Made by a program: the position numbers and the translations under genes
Notes under the pieces: model-generated
What the model was told of the DNA's origin: nothing
Seen by the model: only the letters and a program-made list of their open reading frames with translations
Database searches by the model: none
In this document: positions 1 to 13,742 of the stretch, piece after piece
How the letters are laid out: every line of letters starts with the position of its first letter
Numbering within the stretch: position 1 is the first letter of the stretch
From: Veleropilina oligotropha
Lineage: Eukaryota
Length of the DNA: 64,000 nt
NCBI GenBank assembly: GCA_048128005.1
Contig: JBEUKZ010000071.1
Location: 372,001-436,000, forward strand
Reading direction: 5' to 3'

Positions 1-345
1 TTTTTCTTTGACCACTTCTTGTAAAGCTTCTGAACCCATTTCATAATTATAGTTATTATAACCCACATGCATTACTTTACATTTACTGGTGTTGAAAAGC
101 ATTTGCCAGTCCTCAGACCATTTTACCACATTATTTAAATCACCTTGAAGTTTCTTTGCATCTTCTTCTGTTTCGATAATTCCGTACAGTTTTGTATCAT
201 CTGCAAACTTTTTACTAAAAATGTAATGACGTCATCAATGTCATTTAAATATATGAGAAATAACAATGGTCACAAAACAGAACCTTGTGGGACACCACTT
301 AGTTAGTACTGGTTCCCATTCCGACTTTATCCCATTTATTACAAC
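1..345 (-). pseudogene. CR1/L2-like LINE reverse transcriptase fragment
   Basis: Minus strand reads SGVPQGSVL..PLLFLIYLNDID..KFADDTKLYG (RT core motifs), with stops and frameshifts. Confidence 0.75.
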
Positions 346-1519
346 CCGCGGTCACGCGTGAAGTAAGATCGTATCAATTAGAGAGTTTTCGCAAATGTCC
401 CGTGAACGTGTACCTGTAACGTGAAAGGGGTCAATTCGCTGCGTATCCATTGGCAACCAATTACATGTACAGGTTCACGTTTTACTCGTTTTGGGGTTTT
501 GCAGATCGATTTGACGTGTATTTATATCGGCTTCAAAAATCAACGCACGGTCATCTATGAATTTAAATATGTCCATGTACCCTATCATATTATTAACGTT
601 ATTATAAGGTATAACATTATTTAATTATTTGGCAGTGTATAAATATTTGATCTTTATTTTGTATATATATCAGTAGATCAGTGATTTCTACGATAGCTTG
701 TTTCACGTTTCTCGTAATCACAAGTCTTGAAATCTATTTTCGCAAAGTGATCGTGAACGTGTGCCTCGGATGTATGGGTAATATGCAAATATCATCATGG
801 TGTAATCATTATTTGCTATATGAACCCGTTGACCAGAAATAGAACCGTGTAAGTTGACGTTCACGGGAAAAGAGCAACCTGTATTTCGATGTATTCACGT
901 AGGCTACTTCCAAAACATATAACGCATCGGTATTAGTAAAATGTATACACACGCACTCGCGCATACACACACAAGTACGTGCATACGTAAGTTTGTGCGT
1001 ATCTTCAGCTCTGTGTTAATTTTATAGCAAGTTTTAGAGTGGTTTATTATAAAGTTTCGAATTTGGCATAGTACCTCTGAGAGCCACAATTTTTTTTAAA
1101 GTTTATTGTTGAAATTTTTCATATAAATGATTAAATGATATACATGTACAATAATATACTTATATTTATCTGCTTAATTATAAAACATATGAGATTTTTC
1201 TCTCGTCTCTGGAATTGGTGACCATGTAGATGTGTATCGACCCATATAATTTTTTGAAATAGTTGATTGATTGATTGATTGATTTATTTGGGTAAGAATT
1301 TATACATGTAAATAAAATACAATATATAAATAAGCACCGAGGATAAAACACATAAAGTATAATGAAACACTTATTTCCAATGTGGTCCTCGTGTACAAAA
1401 TTGAACATGGTAGGGCAACAGTGTATATAATGTTTAAAAAAGAAAATTAAATGACAAATATAAGAAATACCATATAGACTAGAACATTTAAAACAGACTA
1501 GCATTATAATATTAGTAAT

Positions 1520-2880
1520 AAAATTTCCCGTTAAAAAAGTTAATATACATAAATATTTCCTTCTAAAGAATACAATTTTATTCCATAAAACTGTTTTCAC
1601 ATGTTTCTTAAAAGCCTGTTTTGATTCAATTATTTTTACCAAGAGCGGAAGGTCATTCCAAAGGCATATGCCAGTATAATGAAATGATGTCTTTCCAAGA
1701 CTTTTTACACTAGGCACTAAATGTGACAGTGAACTAGCTCTAGTACTATGTACATGCTGCTGTAAGATCAAATTAACATTGCACTTTAAGTAATTTGGGG
1801 CATTGCCATGAACTATATTAAACATGTGACCAAGTTTCAATTGGTCTACCCTATATTTTACAGGAAACAAATCAACTTCCTTAAACTGATCCAGGCCAAT
1901 ATGTGTTCTAGATGGTGCATTTAATATAAAACGAATAATATTATTCTGGACAGTCTGCATTCGATCCCTTAATTTCTTTGATAAACCACTGTACCAAGAG
2001 GAACGAATAATATTATTCTGGACAGTCTGCATTCGATCCCTTAATTTCTTTGATAAACCACTGTACCAAGAGGAACAGGCATAATCAAGGTGACATTGGA
2101 TCAATGCCGAAACAAGTAATTTTTTCGTCTTTGACTTTAACTTTCTTGTATTTCTATAAAGGAATTTAAGTTTGTTTGCACATTTAGTGATCACCTTGGT
2201 GGCAATGATTTCACCCGAAAGTCACTGGTCTAAAGTTAAACCTAAATATGTTACGGCAGATCTTGATCCAATTACATCTCCATTACAGACCACCTTTATT
2301 TCTTTCATACTTTGAAGACGTCTTTTTGTGGCGAATAAGATTGATTCAGTCTTTCCAAGATGTAAAGACAACTTATTTTCTGTCAGCCACTCGCTGACGG
2401 ATTCCAGCTCCAAACTCAACGCCACCTCTATCTCCGATATATCCTTTCCTGACACGATCAATGCAGAATCATCTGCATACAGAAGAAGCTTGCACTTCAC
2501 TGCTGAAGACATGTCATTTACATATATCAACAAGAACGACGCGTTCGAAATATGTTGACCTTTCTTTATTTCCCTCAAATTTTCATAACAGTTAATACAA
2601 TGGCTAAGTGCAAGTACTTCATGGCTTAAATTACTACCCCGTCGAATATGACGTCACCAAATGACGATTAATCTAAAGCGACGTCATAATGACGTCATTG
2701 CTATTTGCTTGCAATATTAGACATCAGTTACATACGAATATGGATTAAAGTGCTCAATAAATGCATATTTTTGCAAAATTGTGTCGCGAAAGTTATATAC
2801 ACGACCTACAAATACTCTTGGGAATGTGTGTACCAATTTTGGTGAAAATTGACCTGGTAGTTTTCAAATAAATCGACGGA

Positions 2881-2911
<31 letters not shown>

Positions 2912-3324
2912 ATACACACGGACCATTTGATAATGTCTTGTCCTTTTTTACAAAAAGGTCAAGACATAACAAGAACGACGCGTTCGAAATATGTCTTGAC
3001 CTTTCTTTATTTCCCTCAAATTTTCATAACAGTTAATACAATGGCTAAGTGCAAGTACTTCATGAATGGCTTAATTTACTACCCCGTCGAATGTGACGTC
3101 ACCAAATGACGATTAATCTAAGGCGACGTCATAATGACGTCATTGCCATTTGCTTGCAATGTTAGACATCAGTTACATACGAATATGGATTAAAGTGCTC
3201 AATAAATGCATATTTTTGCAAAATTGTGTCGCGAAAGTTATATACACGACCTACAAATACTCTTGGGAATGTGTGTACCAATTTTGGTGAAAATTGACCT
3301 GGTAGTTTTCAAATAAATCGACGG

Positions 3325-3393
<69 letters not shown>

Positions 3394-3620
3394 CACACGG
3401 ACCATTTGATAATGTCTTGTCCTTTTTTACAAAAAGGTCAAGACATAAAAACAGAAGTGGCCCGATGATGGAGCCCTGCGGAACACAACATGAGATACCT
3501 TTCTCATCCGACAACACACCGCCTATATCTGTCATCTGTGTCCGTCCTGTTAAATAAGATCTAAACTACTGAACAGCTGATACATTTAATCCTATACATT
3601 TGAGTTTTGTTAACACAGCT
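1520..3620 (-). pseudogene. Truncated LINE (CR1/L2 clade) RT and C-terminal region, interrupted
   Basis: CCVPQGSIIGPLLFL (3447-3490) continues as IYVNDMSSAVKCKLLLYADDS (below 2528), then LDYACSSW and SFHYTGICLWNDLP. Split by two inserted repeats; has an internal ~75-bp duplication at 1930-2073. Confidence 0.85.
2529..3448 (+). mobile_element. Two tandem Helentron-associated (HINE/DINE-1/pearl-like) non-autonomous elements
   Basis: Copies start AACAAG at 2529 and 2968. Subterminal inverted repeat ATGTCTTGACCTTT / AAAGGTCAAGACAT, a (TA)n tract and a 3' hairpin. Inserted in the middle of the LINE RT. Confidence 0.7.
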
Positions 3621-4020
3621 ACACAGTCAATGTTTGCTTTCTAAATAATGGTACGTAGTCTTTTGAAAGTGAAGAAGGGAAATATCTCCTAATTATTTAA
3701 AGACTTTGATACGCGGTTAGCTATACCGGGACAATACTTATGTATATTTAATATATTAATGAACAACACTATTGTGGATTGTTTCATGTATCCATATAAC
3801 TACATTTCTTCACTGCATTTTATATTGTTTTCATTTTCCGAGGTTAAACACCCCATCTCGAGAAAATACCTTTCCACCTCGTTCTCGACCTGATTCTACA
3901 CGTTGCCTTCACTTGTGTTAAGAATGAAGTGCATTGTTATGTCATTAGAGCCATGAATTGCTTGATCATTGATATTGGCTACCGTATTCGAATAGTGCAT
4001 TCGCACAATAAGAGAATAGT

Positions 4021-4500
4021 AACAAGAACGACGCGTTCGGAATATGTCTTGACCTTTCTTTATTTCCGTCAAATTTTAATAACAGTTATAACGTTACAAT
4101 GGCTAAGTGCAAGTAGTTCATGGCTTAATTTACTACCCCGTCGATTGTGACGTCACCAAATGACGATTAATCTAAAGCGACGTCGTAATGACGGCATTGC
4201 TATTTGCTAGCAATATTAGACATATGTTATATACAAACATGCTTAAAAGTGCCTAATAAATGCATATTTTTGCAATATTGTGTCGCGAAAGTTATATACA
4301 CGACCTACAAATACTCGTGGGAATATGTGTACCAATTTTGGTGAAAATTGAGCCGGTAGTTTTCGAGAAAATCAGCGGATATATATATATATATATATAT
4401 ATATAAGTATATAAGTATATAAGTATATAAGTATATATGTATATACACACGGACCATTTGATAATGTCTTGTCCTTTTTTACAAAAAGGTCAAGACATAA
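4021..4500 (+). mobile_element. Third, more diverged copy of the same HINE-like element
   Basis: Colinear with 2968-3448 from AACAAGAACGACGCGTTC to AAAGGTCAAGACATAA. Confidence 0.75.
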
Positions 4501-5844
4501 TAAAACGTATCATAAATATATCGACCAAATATTGAAAGGATGCAGATTCATTGGCATTTCGAATCAGTGCGAGATGGTTATCTTTAACACAAAATATAAA
4601 TCAAATATAAATGTTTCTAATTTCTATACACGATGAAAACATTATGAAATATCACCGGAAACATTCAGATGGGGTGATTAATGGTATAAATGCTCTGTTA
4701 TCAAGTAAACCAATTAGTGTGATTTTATATTTATTTATATTTTTTCAATTCGCGATACATAACTTTTCTTTTAAAAAATCATGGATGAAGATAATGATTT
4801 GCCTGTGTTTTTGATGCGTTCGTCATTAATTACACGTTCGAGTCGAACGTGAACGCCTGTATGTGTGGGATAAACTACTCGATAGCGTTGAATAGTTCAG
4901 AGAAAACACTCCTGTCGTTTGCCGTGACATGAGTGTTTTCTCTGAACTATTCAACGCTATCGAGTAGTTTATGTCACTTAAAACATTTGAACATTGAACA
5001 ATAGCCTCATTCCCCAACAGGTATACTCCAACAACGTTAGAGCCTGCTATAGTTCCTAACATCAGAGTTGGGTTGGGAAGGCACGTCAACCCGGTCTCAT
5101 ATGTTATAGGAGTACCACCAGGTACATCTATAGTTAATTGGAGTGCATTAGTTGAATGAAAGTCTTAATTGCCGTGTATTAGTTGAATACCTTTAAACTA
5201 TTCAACGGCTGGGCCAACAAAGCTTTGTTCTTCCATTGAATAGGCAGAATAAACAACTGCCCAGAACAATAGATGACGTCCCAGAAATGTTTTAATCACG
5301 GTTACCATATATAGTCTCAGCAGTAACAAATTGATGACGTTCTATGTTACAATCTGATCTTCGCGTTCAAGTACACGTTCGCGTTAACTAGTTTGCGAAA
5401 ACTCTCTGTTTTGTTTTGCGGTGATCCACCGCTTATTAAAATGTAATATTTAATTTAACCGTAAGTAAATATTAAATATCGACTGACTAAATACGTGTGT
5501 GAGAGAAGTCACTTGTTGGAAAGACCAGCAGTTCAAATATAATGCATTTTGTTGATGCTAACCGACACCGATGGCGACATAAACAATAGCACGTGTCGGC
5601 GTTTGAACACATATACAAAAACACAACTGGGTCAAAGACGTCATGGAAATCACACATATTTTCGTTTGAAATTAAAGTAGTGCTACCAGCAGGGGCAGAG
5701 ATCGATGTAGCATGGCGCAGTCGGCTCATGCGTGGATCGAGATTGAGTCCGTAAGACATTATTTCGATTCTCGGTAATCATCGGAAAACCCTGAGCTTTT
5801 CCGATTGCAATGTTTTGTTTTCTTCACTAAATCACGTGACAAAA

Positions 5845-5945
5845 ATGGAAGAGAAGTCTAGGCTGCGGCGTGCGAAGAGCGTTTCAAAAGCTGAAGAAAT
5901 TCACGAAGAGGAAGCTAAAGAACGACAAAGACAACCAGACAAACC
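5845..5945 (+). CDS. DGAT1: Diacylglycerol O-acyltransferase 1, coding exon 1
   Basis: ATG in AAAAATGG context; MEEKSRLRRAKSVSKAEEIHEEEAKERQRQPDKP resembles the invertebrate DGAT1/midway N-terminus. Ends CC|GTAAG (phase 2), matching the phase of exon 2. Confidence 0.85.
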
Positions 5946-7183
5946 GTAAGCCACGTGTGTAAATAATCAACCAATCAAATGACACTTTTTAATTTTAAAA
6001 TTTCGTTCTATTTCACAATGATACGGATCGGAAATCATTTCCTGGTGCCAGCTGAAATGTCATCCACTGGTCAGTGGGCTGCCCACTCTCCGACCACGAC
6101 GTGTGCACGTGATCACTGATGCAAGACCAGCCACAAATAAAACAGATCATGATAATATATAATTATGGCATTACCTGATTACTCCATATGCCATCAGTTA
6201 TGCTAGGAAACAACGGAATACATTTTATAATAAGGTTGAAACATGAATTATGATGAAATAATCCATCCAATTAAAAGAATTAATTTAAGAAATGTGAGAT
6301 TTATCATCTATCAGTATGCTCATTGAAAAAATAGTTGAATAGTTCTTATATCTTTTTCTTTTTTTAATAAATATTCCAAATTTAATATATTGTTCAAATT
6401 TAAATATAGTTCAAAACTACACAGCTACAGGCATGACTGATAAATTGTTGAAACGTGGTCATAAAACTAAACAACTAAAACTGATTCAATTAAAATAAAC
6501 TGGTGATAAATGCCCAAATGCGGTCAAATTGTGCGGTAGGCATGGCTATGTAACATGTTTTGCTTTTCTAACACTTTAGTAAAAATGGCTGGTTAACTAT
6601 CATAACTATTACGGCAGATTCGTCAATTGTACTACATATATGGGGATTTCTAATTGTGTTTGTCATGCCGAACTTCACAATTACATTGGAATCCATGTTT
6701 TTATGGGCCTGTTTCTTTTGATTGCCATCTGAAAGTGTTTCATTCAGTACACTGAAGTAAGCAGTTTGACTTGTACATTAACAATTTCTAATGCTGCCAA
6801 CACGGGTTTAACTCGCTCGACAGACCGCTTTGGTAAAAAATCGCTGCATGTACGCAGAAAACTGTTTGACTTTGTCTTACATATTAACAGTGTGTTTGTT
6901 ATTTGCTGCCAACGACTGGTTGTGCTCATTCAAAACATCACGATTGAGCATGCAACACTTATTACACATGTCTATTCGAAGTTTCGTGCTCTATCATGAA
7001 GATATATACATAATATATGAGCTAACCGAACATCGCATAAACCATCTTGTAAATTTTTTTGCTTTTGTCCATATTACCCTCAGTAACTGTTACTCATTTT
7101 ATAACTGAAACTTCAGCATATTTTTAGATCTAATTTTTATCATCATGGTGTTCCATTCATGATTGATGCAATTAATAAACATT

Positions 7184-7484
7184 GTGTATTTGCCGGCGTG
7201 TCGTCGGTGTATTTGCGCTTGTCGTCGGTGTATTTGCCGGCTTGTCGTCGGTGTATTTGCCAGCTTGTCGTCGGTGTATTTGCCAGCTTGTCGTCGGTGT
7301 ATTTGCCAGCTTGTCGTCGGTGTATTTGCCAGCTTGTCGTCGGTGTATTTGCCAGCTTGTCGTCGGTGTATTTGCCAGCTTGTCGTCGGTGTATTTGCCA
7401 GCTTGTCGTCGGTGTATTTGCCAGCTTGTCGTCGGTGTATTTGCCAGCTTGTCGTCGGTGTATTTGCCAGCTTGTCGTCGGTGT
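7184..7484. repeat. 23-bp minisatellite, ~13 copies
   Basis: (GTGTATTTGCCAGCTTGTCGTCG)n read directly. Confidence 0.95.
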
Positions 7485-9911
7485 CAAGTTGATAGTGTGA
7501 CCTCAATCGCTCCATATTTGTTGCATAGTAACATACAAATGTGATTAATGTGAGCGATAATTGCTGTTATCTTGATTCCAGAGGGTGGGCTTGTGATAAT
7601 ACGACCTTGTGATAATACGCCCTTGTTTATCAGTTATGATATTGTCCGAATATGCACACCAGACCCAGAAGTGTCTGCTTAATGTCCCACTTTAGCACCT
7701 TCAGGACATTTGGAAGGATGGCCTGTAGATGGCCTGTAGATGGCCTGTAGATGGCCTGTAGATGGCCTGTACACTTAAAGGCATCTATAATGTTTTTCAA
7801 TGTTTTCAACATTACAACACAATCATATTTATCAATTAACAATTTAAAATATCACATGATAGGATAAATGTCCCGTGCAAGCAAGATGCCAAGGATAACA
7901 TTTTTATTTTCCTCTTTTTCAAATTTGACATTCAATGTTGAACTCTGTATCACTAGACATACGAATAACGTAACAGGATAATTGTAAAGATGAGAAAGTT
8001 TGGTCATGTACATCAGGTATTTAACGTGAATCTCAAGGTATTACCTCAATATTTCTGATTGTCTAGTACCACATAATCGAAACAAACACTAATGGCCTCT
8101 TTGATTGGTTGTCTTCTGGAGGTAGACATCTTCTTGGTAGATGGAAGATCGCTTCCAATCGAATACGCAGTGCCGGAATTGGATGATGTAAAGATGGCGG
8201 CACATAAGTCTTCATTCGAAGACCTCGCATAGTTTTCCTTGCTGATCTACATTGGATAGTGAAACACTGCACACAACATTAATATTATGTAGATCGATAT
8301 ACACAATTACATTTGCAGTTAATCTCAATTTATTATTAAGACTCATTGTTTTAAACTTTTCCAATTAATTAATACAAATATAAAGGCAATTTGTCTTGCA
8401 AATCAATCCATTCGAGTTATTTTTCTTGATTTTACGAATAATATTCAACATTAAAAGCCCATTTCATTTGTCGACCAATCAGAATTCAGTATTTTTGGTC
8501 ACTTATTCCTTGAAGAACGATTTTTGTCCGTTCTTACCACCGTCTAACTGAAGCGCGCACGGTTCTAAATGAATGACGTCACGCATCAATCAAACAAAGA
8601 AACGACACATGAAAAGAAGATCTACATTCTCGCTGATGAAGGAACATTCAAGAAATGAATAATAGAGTCGTATGGTAAAAATAAAGTTAACTACAATGCT
8701 AGAATAATGAGATAAACTGAATGATTCACCACAATATTAAGACGATAAGAAATAAATGAAAATGCATGTTTGAAATATATTTAGTTCGTCCGACATTATG
8801 CAAAGGTTACAATGCAAAGGCCAGTGCAAACAGGTAATGAACAATTAAAATAGTGTGCATTTGAAGGTACCATTTAAATAAGAGTTGTCAGGTTAAAACT
8901 TCATTACATGTTTTCACATAAAAATTAAATATCGGTTTAGAAAAAATATTATGGTTTCAATAAATAAGGAATTTAAACATTCATGATCGATTTGTGCATG
9001 CAATGAAATGTGCTTCTAAGTCGGTTAGAAAGAAACCGGCCTTCTCTTACAAACTTAGTAGTCTCGCCCTTACGGGCTCGACTTCTAAAACAATATACCT
9101 ATATATTATTGTATATATATATAATAAATGACTTTATTACTATTCCTAATATGCTGTTTGTTTTCACATTGCGAGATTTGTCACAAATGTGTAATTACTG
9201 CTTGTATGTAATTAAGGTTTGTGTGTACTCGCAATCCCTTTAATAGACATGCACACGCAGCCCCATGGGTTTATGTAGTGAGAACCTCATTGTGACTGGC
9301 AAGCCTATCCTATTACTAGAGCTGTTGTTTAGTGTCATGACATATAACTGGACTTCCACTTACAGTCCCACAGGGTTATGAAATGAGAGCCTCATTGTGA
9401 CTCTTCTATTGGACCAATAGCTGTCATTCATTTTCGTGTATCCCTGAACTTCCACATGCAGCCCCACGGGGTTATGCAATGAGAGCCTCATTGTGACTCT
9501 CCTACGGTACCTGATTGCTAGCCTTTGTTCAGTTTCATTTTGGCGGTCGTTCCTGGAAGTCATTTTATCAAGTTCTACCTTGCGAATCCCACCGCCATCC
9601 CCCTGTCACCGCCATTCGTATAGCTTTGTGTATTATAATTTGTTATCATATTATTTCTGCCTGTACATCTTTTGCTTTTCTGATTTATGCTTATCCATAT
9701 TATTACAGTTGCTAGTGTACTGTTACTTTTGGTACATATTATGCTCTTCATATGGGACGACTCGGCTGGTTTATGGGCTAACTTTCTCCCAATGCGAAAA
9801 GTTTATATTTATTTATTATCAAATTCATAATACATGTTATAATTATTACATGCTGACTAAACTTTTTATTATCTGTGCCTGATAACTTATAATATTACAG
9901 TCTCCGACGAC

Positions 9912-10173
9912 TTCAGATAACAGTGGCTAAGGTAACTTACGATACCCCACTGAGTTTTTCAGATAACAGTGGCTAAGGCAACTTACGATGCCCCACTGAG
10001 TTTTTCAGATAACAGTGGCTAAGGCAACTTACGATGCCCCACTGAGTTTTTCAGATAACAGTGGCTAAGGCAACTTACGATGCCCCACTGAGTTTTTTCA
10101 GATAACAGTGGCTAAGGCAACTTACGATGCCCCACTGAGTTTTCCAGATAACAGTGGCTAAGGCAACTTACGA
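9912..10173. repeat. 46-bp tandem repeat, ~5.5 copies
   Basis: (CAGATAACAGTGGCTAAGGCAACTTACGATGCCCCACTGAGTTTTT)n. Confidence 0.95.
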
Positions 10174-10177
10174 AAGT

Positions 10178-12260
10178 CAGGCATGTGAACTGTCACGAAT
10201 TTTCGTGATTGTCACGAATTCAGGGGTCCAAAATTGACGTTTCCCGAATTCACGAAAACGTATAAAAATATCACGAATTCCGATATTTTTAGAAATAAAT
10301 ATTTCTTAGCATGAAAACAGTGCATTTCTGAGCAAATAATTTTATTTCCTCATTAATTGACTCGCAATGATTGATCACCACTAACGGTCACGTACCCCAG
10401 TGCAACACGTGTTAACAGCTCAAGTTTCCGCGTCGGGTTTATCGCTTATATCCCGCTGTTATGTCGCGAGTTGCAAAAATCGACACTCCAAGCCGCATTG
10501 TTAATTTGTTTTCCGGGAGAGGCTCATGGTAATTAATTAGGAATTTGGTTCAATGAAAGACTAGTAACAGTGATAACATTGTGGTTTCTTTAGGATAAGC
10601 GTTTTATTTCCCATGTTCATTTTAATGAAATTTAATGAAGTATAATTTATCTCACTAATTGCGTCACGACATCGGCTACTTCCGTAACTTCAAAGCGCGA
10701 GTGGTAATCTAGAGATAATAGCGTTATCGGGTTTGTTTCCTGTGTGCGGGTATAAATATGGTAAGTACTAGACATTCGGCACATTTCAATTTGCGAAAGC
10801 AAGAAATAGTACACCGTTTTCACAAATTTAAAGTATGCCGAAAAGAGCGAGATCGCCAGATAGGGAACTTACTCCTAAGACGAAGAGAGTAAAACGTCAA
10901 ACGCATTTCCAGGCTAGTTGGATCGGGGAATTCGGATCCCTTATTAGAAAGAGTTCAAAGGGCGAGTACCATTCCTTTTGTACTGTGTGTTCAACTGATA
11001 TATCCATTGGACATTCGGTATTTTTGACATAAAGACGCACTTTCGTTCGGAAAAACACAAGCGCCTGGAAGCTGCAAGACTAGCGACACCGAAGATTGAA
11101 CGCATCTTTCCTACGAAAACTGTCGATCCTACCATCAACAGTGAGGTCCTATTTACGAACTGGCTGGTGGAAAACAATATCCCATTTCTCGCTTCCGACA
11201 GTTTTACGAAAGTTGTGAAAAAAATGTTTCCTAAGTGTGATGCTGCACAGAAATTTAGTTGTATGCGGACAAAAACAGCAAACATTGTTACTCAAGCTCT
11301 GGCCCCACAATTAAACGATATTGTGACCGACTTATGCAGGAAAGAGAAATTTGGAATAATGATTGACGAATCGAATGATAAAGGAGATGAAAAGTGTGTA
11401 GCCATTCTTGTACGAGTCTTGAACAGAGAGTCCAGAACAATCGCAACATATTTTCTTGATATGCCAATTTGCAACATTGGAACTGGTGCAAATTTATTTG
11501 ATGCAATTGATAATGTGTTGAGTGCAAGAGGTATTAAAGAAAAAAGCCCATCCGTATACCAACTTGGTTGTATCTGCCATCTAGCCAACATTTGCTGTGG
11601 TTATGCTGTGAAAATGATCCCCATGCCAGTATTAACGATCTTTTTGTTGATATCTTCTATTTTTACCACAGTTCCAAAAGGAAAGAAATCTATAAAGAGT
11701 ACCTGGAGTTCACACAAACAGAGCCACTTAAAATCATCAAACACTGTGCAACAAGGTGGTTGTCGTTAGAATCTTGTGTGGGGCGCATTTTGCATCACTG
11801 GGATGCCCTTCAAAGTTTCTTCACCAGCAATGATGAAATTGAAAAACCAGGAAGACCCCAGAGGATTGAAAAGTAACCTCATTGACCATGAGATGAGGCT
11901 CTACTTTTTCTTTCTGAAATATATCCTGCCTTATCTCAATCAGTTCAACACTGCCTTTCAAGCTGATGCTGCCATGATTGGTTATCTCCATAGTGAAATG
12001 ATCCGGCTCCTAAGGAAGTTTCTTGTGAAATTCATCACAATATCGCATGTCAATGCCACTACTGACATCACCTTCTAACCCTTACATAATTGCAGTTATC
12101 CATCAAGAAATTCAGTGTCAAGCAAATGTCTTCATCTAACTAACCGAGCGCGTATCATTGTCTGCCATCTTGGAAGACAAGCTAATCCTGCTCAGGGATG
12201 GAAGAGCGGTGGAGCTCTTCTGTTTTTGGAATTCGTCTACCATCCCAATCGAAGATGTGA
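10178..12260 (+). mobile_element. Decayed hAT DNA transposon with frameshifted transposase (from 10835)
   Basis: CAGGCATG end followed by TCACGAA subterminal repeats. Zn finger FCTVCSTDISIGH...HFRSEKH, catalytic IMIDESND, CICH and ATRWLS motifs lie in several frames. Right end not identified. Confidence 0.85.
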
Positions 12261-12844
12261 GAATTTGTAATCCGGAATAAGAAGAGGACAATTGAAGAGG
12301 CCCTTAGGGCCTCTTCGATTGGTTGTCTCCTGGAGTCGATCTTCTTGGTATCGAATATGCAGTACCGGAATTGGATGATGTAAAGATGGCGGCACATAAG
12401 TCTTCATTCGAAGACCTCGCATAGTTTTTTTGCCGATTTACATCAAATAGTAAAACACGGCACACAACATTAATATTATGTAGATATACATAATTATGTC
12501 TCCCCATCTGAAGGATGGGAGAGACATATTGTTTTACACTCAGGACCGTTCTCCTTCTCTTTCTCCTCCTTCTGCCTCACTTTTCTTGTCCAGACTAGAT
12601 CTCTTGTCCTATACGTGCCAGCATTATTTCCTTTGGTAAATTAAACCGTCCAGGCATGCCATTGTGCGTTTTGGCAAAAGTTCACGAAAATGACTTTCGA
12701 CCTTGATGTAATGACCTTTGACCCTGAAATCATGTCCGGCCTGGTTCTCGGAGACTTCAAATCTTATCCTTCTAATTTCTTTGTAGATGCATGGCCCACA
12801 CCCCTGTGTTGTGACCTTGATAAACAATTTCCATATTTGGGCAT

Positions 12845-13742
12845 TTTTATCCCCCCGGCATTAAATGCGGGGGGATATAGTCATCAGCATGTCCGTCCGT
12901 CCGTCCGTCCCTCCGTCCGTCTGTAATCATTTCGTTTCCGGAGCATATCTCATAAACTGCTTTTCATATCTTTACGACACTTGGTGGGTGTATTATGGAC
13001 ATGGTGAACTGGTGCCTTTTGCCAGTTTCGACGTTGAGCGGCGATTATTAACAGAGTTATTTCCCTTGTTGTAAATTCTAATTGATATCGTTTCCGGAGC
13101 ATATCTCATACACCGCTCGACATAACTTTACGAAACTTGCTGGGTGTATTAAGTAGTCGGTGAACTGGTGCCTTTTGCCAGTTTCGCCGTTGTGCGGCGA
13201 TTATTAACAGAGTTATTGCCCTTGTTGTAAATTCTAATCGATCTCTTTTCCAGAGCATATCTCATATACCGCTCGATATAACTTTACGAAACTTGCTGGA
13301 TATATTAAGTAGTCGGTAAACTGGTGCCTTTTGCAAGTTTCGACGTTGAGCGGCGATTATTAACAGAGTTATTGCCCTTGTCTAATCGATCTCTTTTCCA
13401 GAGCATATCTCATATACCGCTCGACATAACTTTACGAAACTTGCTGGGTGTGTTAAGTAGTCCTGGGTGTGTTAAGTAGTCGGTGAACTAGTGCGATTAT
13501 TACCAGAGTTATTGCCCTTGTTGTAAATTTGTTAATGCTATCTCTTACAGAGCGTATCTCATAAACCGCTCAGCATAGCTTTATGAAATTTGGTGCCTGT
13601 ATTAAGTTGCTGGTGCCTTTTGCATATTTCGACGTTCTCAGGCGATTATTAACAGAGTTATTGCCCTTGCTTAAACTTTTTACTATTTTTATTACCATAA
13701 ATTTCCACCGGGGGGATATGTCATCTTCTGATGGCTCTTGTT
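12845..13742 (-). mobile_element. HINE/pearl-like element with (GTCC)n and ~150-bp tandem core repeats
   Basis: Terminal hairpin TATCCCCCCG...CGGGGGGATA, a GTCC microsatellite, ~5 diverged core units, and an end reading GGGGGATA...CTTGTT. Confidence 0.75.

Larger units (their letters stand above)
380..5407. mobile_element. Putative non-autonomous TIR DNA transposon containing nested LINE and Helentron-like insertions
   Basis: 16-bp inverted ends AGAGAGTTTTCGCAAA (380-395) and TTTGCGAAAACTCTCT (5392-5407), plus related subterminal GTGAACGTGTAC/GTACACGTTC motifs. No clear TSD. Confidence 0.45.

Noticed and set aside
9901..9931. Possible 31-nt DGAT1 microexon (TACAG|...AAG|GTAACT)
   Set aside because: It would shift the frame between exons 1 and 2, which already join correctly, and the peptide has no DGAT1 similarity.
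7184..10173. CRISPR-like appearance of the 23-bp and 46-bp arrays (and the 39-bp array)
   Set aside because: Head-to-tail repeats with no unique spacers, no cas genes, and a eukaryotic context.
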